Below, piece by piece: positions 57,038 through 64,000 of a stretch of 64,000 nt of DNA (the stretch's first letter is position 1; each line of letters opens with the position of its first letter). Source of the stretch: Octopus vulgaris (Eukaryota); assembly GCA_951406725.2 (NCBI GenBank), contig OX597817.1, positions 137,082,001 through 137,146,000 on the forward strand, read 5' to 3'. Made by a program: the position numbers and the translations under genes. The notes under the pieces were generated by a model. That model worked only from the letters and a program-made list of their open reading frames with translations. It had not been told where the DNA came from and made no database searches.

Positions 57038-57076
<39 letters not shown>

Positions 57077-57123
57077 ATAGGATTAGCTCGTATACGAGTA
57101 GGTATATATTTGTAAAAAATTAA

Positions 57124-57933
57124 GCTAGAAGGATTTGCACCATAATATCAGACACAAACACCCGACACACACGTCTCCAGGAACTTAGAACCACACTCAC
57201 AAATAGAAACTATCCACAGCCCCTAATAGACAGTGCAATCCAACGGGTACTTAAATTAAGTATAGAAGACCTGAGACAAACAAAACCAAAAAAGAAAGAA
57301 CAATTAAAAACCCTTCCCTACATCTCTACACACAACCCACTCAACAATGAGGCCTTCAACACCATACTACAAAGCACAGCCCTACTAAAGGGAGACCCAA
57401 AGATGAACCGGATCCTCGAAACACACACCATCATTAAAAGTAAACGGCAACCAAAATCCTTGAAAAGGATTTTAACCCAAGCTACACTGCACTCAACATC
57501 AACCACAAAACCAGCAGTTAGAAAATGTGGAAGGCCCAACTGCGGAATCTGTGTCATCTTGAAAGAAGGATCAGAATTTATACTGGAACAAGGCCACCAG
57601 TTCACCATTAGAACAAACTTCACCTGCGCATCAGAAAACTTAATTTACGTCATAACATGCGCAGGCTGCAATAGGCAGTATATAGGCCATACAAAAAATA
57701 GCTTACGTAACAGGATGGCGGTGCATAAATCACAAATTAGAAACCCTGATTACCGCAAAATACCGGTCAGCGGACACATAGATAGATGTGCTGGAAATGT
57801 AAATCCGAAATTTACAACTAACCCGCTCTATAAATTCAGTGACAACGCAACCTTCACACAACGCCAAAATAAAGAACTATATTTCATAAAAAAATTTAGA
57901 CCAAGTTTAAACACCCTGGGCCAGGAATACTAA
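57124..57933 (+). CDS. C-terminal part of the Penelope-like ORF (thumb, Zn linker, GIY-YIG endonuclease)
   Basis: ARRICTIISD...NRNYP...CGRPNCGIC...FTCASENLIYVITCAGCNRQYIGHT...RNRMAVH...KELYFIKKFRPSLN; uninterrupted frame. Confidence 0.88.
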   Translation, partial: ARRICTIISDTNTRHTRLQELRTTLTNRNYPQPLIDSAIQRVLKLSIEDLRQTKPKKKEQLKTLPYISTHNPLNNEAFNTILQSTALLKGDPKMNRILETHTIIKSKRQPKSLKRILTQATLHSTSTTKPAVRKCGRPNCGICVILKEGSEFILEQGHQFTIRTNFTCASENLIYVITCAGCNRQYIGHTKNSLRNRMAVHKSQIRNPDYRKIPVSGHIDRCAGNVNPKFTTNPLYKFSDNATFTQRQNKELYFIKKFRPSLNTLGQEY

Positions 57934-58102
57934 AACAAAAGATAAGTCCTCCGAAAAGGAGAACCAAATTTCACCACGGCCGCTACTTCAAACAGACACT
58001 CACTCTGACGGAAATATGCATTAGTAAAAAAAGGAAAAAAATTCTTTCGTGCAAATCTGACCCTGATACATACGATACAGCTAAGGGTCAGACCCGATTC
58101 TG

Positions 58103-58473
58103 ATTGGTCAACAAGTTGATGACGTCTAGCTCTGCTAGAATGGACAGGATACAAACAGGGGACAGTCATTAGTCAGAATATTGATGACGTCCTTTTCTGC
58201 TTGAATAGTCACCTAACAAGTACAGACAGGGGGCAGATCTAATGTAGCTATAAGTCGTGATTGGGCAGAATCTGAATGACGTCCCGCTATGCTTGACTAA
58301 CGAAGCGACTGGTCAAGACAGGAAACAAACAAGAGGGAGTTATAATGCAGCGATTGGTCAAAATAATGATGACGTCCCGTTCCACTTGATTAAAGCCACC
58401 TAACGAAACGATTGGTCAAAACATTGATGACGTCACGCTACGCTAGATTGACCACCTAACAGGCATTATAAAA
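58103..58473 (+). promoter_or_regulatory. Pol II promoter-like array: 5x [inverted CCAAT - 12 bp - CRE-like TGACGT] plus TATA box
   Basis: ATTGG (one ATTAG) at 58103, 58168, 58260, 58353, 58411, each followed after 12 nt by TGACGT at 58120, 58185, 58277, 58370, 58428; TATAAAA at 58467. Confidence 0.75.
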
Positions 58474-58808
58474 CCGAGCATTTCACAAAAAATCACTAGA
58501 ACCACCCAGCGAACTTCCACCATGGGTCATCACAATTGCTTAAGGTAAAAATGAATTCCTCGCTCTTTCGGAAACATCAATCTTCTGTATTGACCGCTTT
58601 CCACCACTTTGATCTGTTTTTTGTATTGAATACGTATCGCCACCGTGGGCCACTGCATCGAACACTTTGAACATATACTTCAAACTATATATCAACTATA
58701 CATGAACTATATATCAACTATACATGAACTCTAAGATGTCTGACTCCGTTGTGTATTATAAATGAATTTCTTGTGTTTGACGGCATGAGCTGTCTCTTTT
58801 TATATATA

Positions 58809-58856
58809 ACTTTTTTTGATAAGGTTCATTTCAGGAACTGAAACATGTTATAATGT
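58809..58856 (+). ncRNA. Minimal hammerhead motif, U3-A8 variant, partly decayed
   Basis: TTGATAA(58816-22)-GGTTC-ATTTCAG-GAACT-GAAA-CATGTT; homologous to 26675-26722. Confidence 0.6.
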
Positions 58857-58911
58857 ATATATAAAAATTAAAAATTGTATAATACAGCAGCATTTTCGAA
58901 CTTCATTTTTT

Positions 58912-58952
<41 letters not shown>

Positions 58953-58999
58953 TTAGATATGTTTCGACCAAAGATTAGTCCAGGCCATGTCAAACGTAA

Positions 59000-59840
59000 T
59001 AGCACCATCTGATAGGATTATCTAAATCCTGTTTAAGTCAAGTTTTGTTTGTGGTCCATTCAAGTAGTGAGTTCATGTTGAGTGAGTTGTATCCAGGTAT
59101 GGGTTTAAAAGTGATGGGATCCTTTTCTTCTTTGATCTCTTTCGGGACAATGTTAAACAGGACAGGGACTGTTGAGGAAAAGAAATTATGTCGCAGTGTA
59201 CCTATATGCTGTGATCCTGAATTGGGTAGGGGACGTATGGCCCGTGGTCCCAGCCTTGGATGAACCTTGAAACTAATGTTCAGGTCATTTGGGCAAAGTT
59301 GGCGGTATATTCTCCACATCGTAAAATAATGTATCGCTCGCGGCGGCGCTGGAGAGAGTAGAGTTTCAATGCTTTAAGGCGGCCCCAGTAATAGAGATCA
59401 GTCATGCCTTCAATTCGTTTAGTGAGTGCCCTCTGGGGCGATTCAATCCTCGAGATGTTTTGTCTCGTATGAGGAGACCACAAAGGGCAGCAGTTTTCGA
59501 GGTATGGCCGTACAAAGGAGGAGAAAAATGGAATGATGACACCTAGTTCTCTGGACCGGAAGGTTCTTAAGATCCAGAAGCTCCTCCTACGCGCTATATC
59601 CACCTTATTGTTGATATGGGCACTCCAATTGAGATTGTTATCGACAATTACGCCCAGGTCTCTGATATTGTTAGAGGCTGTGAGCGGTTCTCCTGAAGGA
59701 AGAGAGTATGGCTGTTTTAGTATAGACTTTCTTCCAAAATGCATCAGCTAAAAAAATTTTCCCTCGTTCAGTTGCATTTTGTTTTTATCTGCCCATTGAC
59801 TCACACCATATAGATCAGACTGGTAGTTGAGTTCGGTCTT
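59000..59840 (-). mobile_element. CR1/L2-group LINE 3' fragment (second subfamily)
   Basis: IRDLGVIVDNNLNWSAHI...FVRPYLENCCPLWSP...YWGRLKALKLYSLQRRRERY. Confidence 0.88.
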
Positions 59841-59841
59841 C

Positions 59842-59946
<105 letters not shown>

Positions 59947-59992
59947 TATGTATGTATGTACGTATGTGTGTATGTATGTGTGTGTGTATATA

Positions 59993-60388
59993 CTTGTCCC
60001 AAAGTTTGGCATCGAGAGTTACACAAGTACTAGAACTGGGCTCCACTGCATAGTGCCAAAGACTCAAAATTTGCCATCAAGATATTGGACATGATACTGC
60101 AATAGCCTGGCCTTCAGAGGACCACAGCTCTTCAATATCCTCCCGAAGGGTCTGAGAGACCTGCATGGGGTGGATGTAGGTGTCTTCAAAATAAAGCTGG
60201 ACTTTTTACTGTTAAGGGTCCCAGATTACCCAATCTCGCGGTAGGAAGGGCAGATGAGAGCAGCGGCATCAAACTCTCTCATGCACCAAATGCCAATTCA
60301 TAAAAGGCATTCGTGAAGTAAAATTATGTAGCAACACCAAATGGCGGTGCCCCAGCATGGCCACAACTCGTGTGCTGAAACTGGATAA
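59993..60388 (+). mobile_element. CR1/L2-group LINE 3' end
   Basis: LVPKFGIESYTSTRTGLHCIVP...; ends GGCGGTGCCCCAGCATGGCCACAACTCGTGTGCTGAAAC. Confidence 0.85.
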
Positions 60389-60437
60389 TATATATATATG
60401 TATGTATATGTTTTTTTCTCTTTGTCTTTTGTTTTTT

Positions 60438-63022
60438 GTAGTTTCAGCTCAGAGCTGTGGCTATGCTGAAGCACCGCCGTTTTCCTACACTGTTATTACT
60501 GAGATCCTCATCTAATATGTTTAGAATGGAATTTGTTGCAGCTACCCTAATTTGCACCACTTGCCGTGAGGTAGGTTCATCTGGGACTCTCGACAGGAAG
60601 AGGTCCAGCCTATATTTAAAGAGGCCTACATCTACTTTGTGCAGGTTCCTCAGACTCTTTGGGAGACTATTAAAAAGCTGTGGGCTTCTGAAACCTAGGC
60701 TGTTGCAGCAACTAGTCCCGAAGCGCGATGGCATTGTTGGAATCTTTGGCACTATGCAGTGTTGTTCCATTCTGGCATTGGTGTAGCTTTCAATGCCAAA
60801 ATTTGGCACAATTCCTTCTAGGATCTTCCAGATATATATTACTGCATACCTCTCCCGTCTTCTCTCCAGGGAGTAGAGTCTTAGCTGTTTCAGCCTTTCC
60901 CAGTAGCTGAACAGTTGAAAAGAGGCGATCTTCTTTGTGAAACTTCGCTGGATTGCTTCAAGGTCCGTTCTTACTTTTACACTGTTGGGTGACCTTAGCT
61001 GGGAGAATGAATGTCCTCCATAGGACCATCATAGTTTCCTTATCTCTGGCTCTGAATGTTCTCGGGAGCCAGCCAGCCATTCGTCTGCACTTTGTCGCCG
61101 TCCTGGTGATGTGCACTTGGAAAGAGGTATCATCACTCATGTCGATACCCAGGTCCTTCACTGATTTAGGCTCTGAGATTGAAATTCCTCGTGGACCGGT
61201 GTACCCTGTAACTTTCATATTCAGTTTTGGATGCTGGTAGCGCAGGGCATGAACTTTTTCAGCATTAAACTGCATGTTATCCTCAGCCCATCTGTAATTT
61301 GAGCCCAACTCCCGCTGCAGATGTGCAACATCGCTGAGGTTCTGTATTTTCTGCGAGACTTTCGTGTCGTCTGCGTAGCTTGCAAAGGTAACTATCTGAG
61401 TAGTTAAGGGCATATCTGAGAGGACCACTATAAAAAGTAGAGGTCCCAAGAGAGTGCCCTGTGGAACAGTGCTCACTATTTGTGTGCTCATAGAAGTGGC
61501 TCCATTAGCCACTACTGCCTGACTTCTATCTTTCAGAATGTCATGTAACCACTATGCAAGTTTTCCAGCTATGCCAAGATCACGCAAAATCAAGGTATAT
61601 TACGTCCACATTTGATTTGTTGAGTAACTGCCTCAACACCAGTCATAATGTTGTAAGAGCTGGGTCAGGCAGCTCCTACCTGGTCGAAAACCATGCTGAG
61701 CATCACTCAGCAAGTTATTTTCTTCAAGGAATGCGATTAGTTTTCCTCTGACTATCCGTTCCATGACTTTTCTGATGTGTGAAGTCAGAGAGATAGGTCT
61801 ATAGATTTTGGCATCTACTCTGCTTCCCCCTTTATGGATTGGGCGTATTATTCCCTCCTTCAGATTGCTTGACAGTCTGCTATTTGCAAGAAAGCTCTGG
61901 ATGAGAATCTGGAGGGGCTTTTCCAGGGCATGCTTACACGATTTGAGGAGGATTGCTGGGAAACCATCAGGACCAGCAGCTGAGTTTGCGTCCACTTTCT
62001 CTATGGCTAGTAGTATATCTTCTTCGCTCATGTCGACGTATTCCATCATAACTGCCTCGCTGGTTATTGGTGAGGCGGCAAAGAAGTCCACTGGTTCGTT
62101 CACTTGTCTGTGTTCAAACGGGGTGGTAAAGACACTTTTGAACTGGTCATTCAGTACCTCACTGATGCTGGTTTGACTGTCTGTGAGGGAGCCATCCTTT
62201 TGGAAGAGGGGTCCTATCTTGCAGCATACTGATGCTGTTTCTTTGGCGTAATGAAAGGTTTTTGGCTTTGACTTAATGTTGTTCATAATCCAGTTTTCTT
62301 TGTCTGCTTTCTCCCTCACATAGGTTTTTTGCAGGTTTTTTTAAATCTCTATCAGTGTGGTTTATAGGCGGGACGTTTCGCTACTTTTGGGATATTAGTG
62401 GAAGCGATTTGCCTATGTGGTTTGGAGCATCCGGTGGGCAATATGTATTGCATATGACTATATTGTGTTGTCTTATGTATACAATTAGAGTGTCACATAC
62501 CGAATTTGAGTATGACAGTAAGACGTAGGGTGTGAGGTCGTGACGGATGTATACAGAAACTTCACCATGGCTCATTTCCCTTCTGTCTGTTCGCTGTATG
62601 TCATAGTTTGGTACTTGTACTTCTGCATCCTCTATATCAGGGTTGAGGTGTGTTTCCACGAGTGCTATGCATAGGGCTTGATTGCATGCAGTAAGATCTC
62701 TCAGGAAGAAAGATTTGCTTAGGTTATGATGCAACAGGCCCCAATATTTAGTAAAGATATTAGCCTGACGACTGTGCAGGCGTTAGGGGCGGCCATCCCC
62801 TGTCTGTTGACTGTGGTGGCCTTGCGCAGTGACGAGCAAGGTTCCTTGTTTGCGCTTGGTGTAGCCAGGTCAGCTGCTGCACAATCTTTTGTGCCATGTA
62901 CAAAAAAGACTGTTGCTCAGCTGCTGCCTTGCGCATAATCACTGAGAGCGCACGTCTTTTCTAGACTTTTTTCCTTGGGGACGATTTTTGTCTTTTTTCA
63001 GGGAAGTTTTTCTCCTTAAGGC
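60438..63022 (-). mobile_element. CR1/L2-group LINE with internal deletions
   Basis: APE N-terminus, GPDGFPAILLK, YRPISLTSH, QHGFRPGRSCLTQLL, VPQGTLLGPLLF, YADDTK, 3' end; closely similar to 45275-47220 and 51785-52430. Confidence 0.92.
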
Positions 63023-63592
63023 TTCATGAAAAATGCATTAAATACTACAAAACGTACACGTAGGACAGACACAGAAGGACCCTAATTCTACTTCATTTAT
63101 CGACCAAAAATACTAATACTCAGTTTGGTACCTTTAACGATAAGAATGAGAAATTCGTATATCGGCGGTACCCACAAGATTTGCGCAGAATTAGGGCTCG
63201 AGCAAACAAGAAAAAGTGAAGGGAGATCAAATTGTAGGAAGATAGTAAGATTCGAGCAGTCCGTTGAAGGTGTATAAAAACCAACTTTCAGGGAAAATAA
63301 TTGTTTATTGACACAGAAGGTTGTAAGTTTTCCCGTATCAAAGTTCGATAAGTTGAAAAAATTGTTTTATAGCTTAGGGTTAGTAGTAGGAGTTGCTGTA
63401 TATGCGAATAGAAATCAATATTAGAGAATTATGTAGATAAAATCTAGTCTAGCAGAACCTCCGAAGTAGTTATTACCCAAACGTGGGGTAATCCGATAGC
63501 AACTCATCAGGCTAAAAATACCTTTATCAAAAGGAGTTAATATTATCATCTAGGGATCCCACATTGACTCGCAAGAGACTCCCTAATTCTGG

Positions 63593-63663
<71 letters not shown>

Positions 63664-64000
63664 ATTAAGAAAGAGAGAGCAAATTTCAAAGGTCAGTGTT
63701 CATATTCACTCAATTTCAATTTGTTGGAATTCTCCACAATATACATAGGCCCATTCATATACGCAAGATATAGTAAAAATTCATAAGAATTTATAAATAT
63801 ATAAATATATCAAAATATAAATACATAAATGTACTTGCGATGTTGAATGTCCGTATTAAAATCAATGAGGAGGTTAGATGAGAAAGTTAGTATAAAATGA
63901 TTTTAAGAGGAATCCTGAATAAGTGCAAAGTCTGACGGCCGTTTCGGGAAGATATAGGTTGGTATGGGCGAGCTAACTCCAACCATAACAATCATCAATA

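Larger units (their letters stand above)
57073..58915 (+). mobile_element. Neptune-like Penelope element, 5'-truncated, with complete 3' pLTR, inserted in (TA)n
   Basis: Open frame 57124-57933; promoter-like array, hammerhead motif, (TA)n on both sides. Confidence 0.9.

Noticed and set aside
58103-58435. CRISPR-like repeat-spacer array
   Set aside because: Eukaryotic context, degenerate repeats, irregular period, no cas genes; better explained as a transcription-factor site array
58950-59000. Minus-strand TTGACAT-GGCC...GGTC-GAAACATATCTA
   Set aside because: Core A9 and stem III pairing are both broken; cannot be supported as a ribozyme

Overview
Repeat-saturated, AT-rich animal genomic DNA, most likely an octopus/cephalopod (inferred from SINE types and dense microsatellites). 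The only clear host coding sequence is the first coding exon of an SLC6 (Na+/Cl- neurotransmitter-symporter family) gene at 19870-20113 (+). No second exon was recognised, so the remaining ~44 kb is probably intron. The rest is mobile DNA: (1) a young 5'-truncated Penelope-like element (RT + C-terminal GIY-YIG, Nematis-like) with a ~2.26 kb inverted pseudo-LTR, giving a 6.5 kb palindrome with a hammerhead ribozyme in each arm; (2) three Neptune-like Penelope fragments, plus minimal hammerheads with a compensatory U3-A8 core at the ends of two of them and in one orphan end; (3) many CR1/L2-group LINE copies and RTE, R4/Dong-like and Tx1/L1-like fragments; (4) a palindromic mariner derivative and a non-autonomous Helitron; (5) several tRNA-derived SINE families, two sharing 3' tails with LINEs present in this window. 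The most striking unexplained structure is in one Penelope 3' region: five ATTGG-N12-TGACGT modules at invariant spacing, then TATAAAA, a Kozak ATG mini-exon, a splice donor and a hammerhead. Most ORFs in the supplied track are microsatellite artefacts. All alignments and folds were done by eye.
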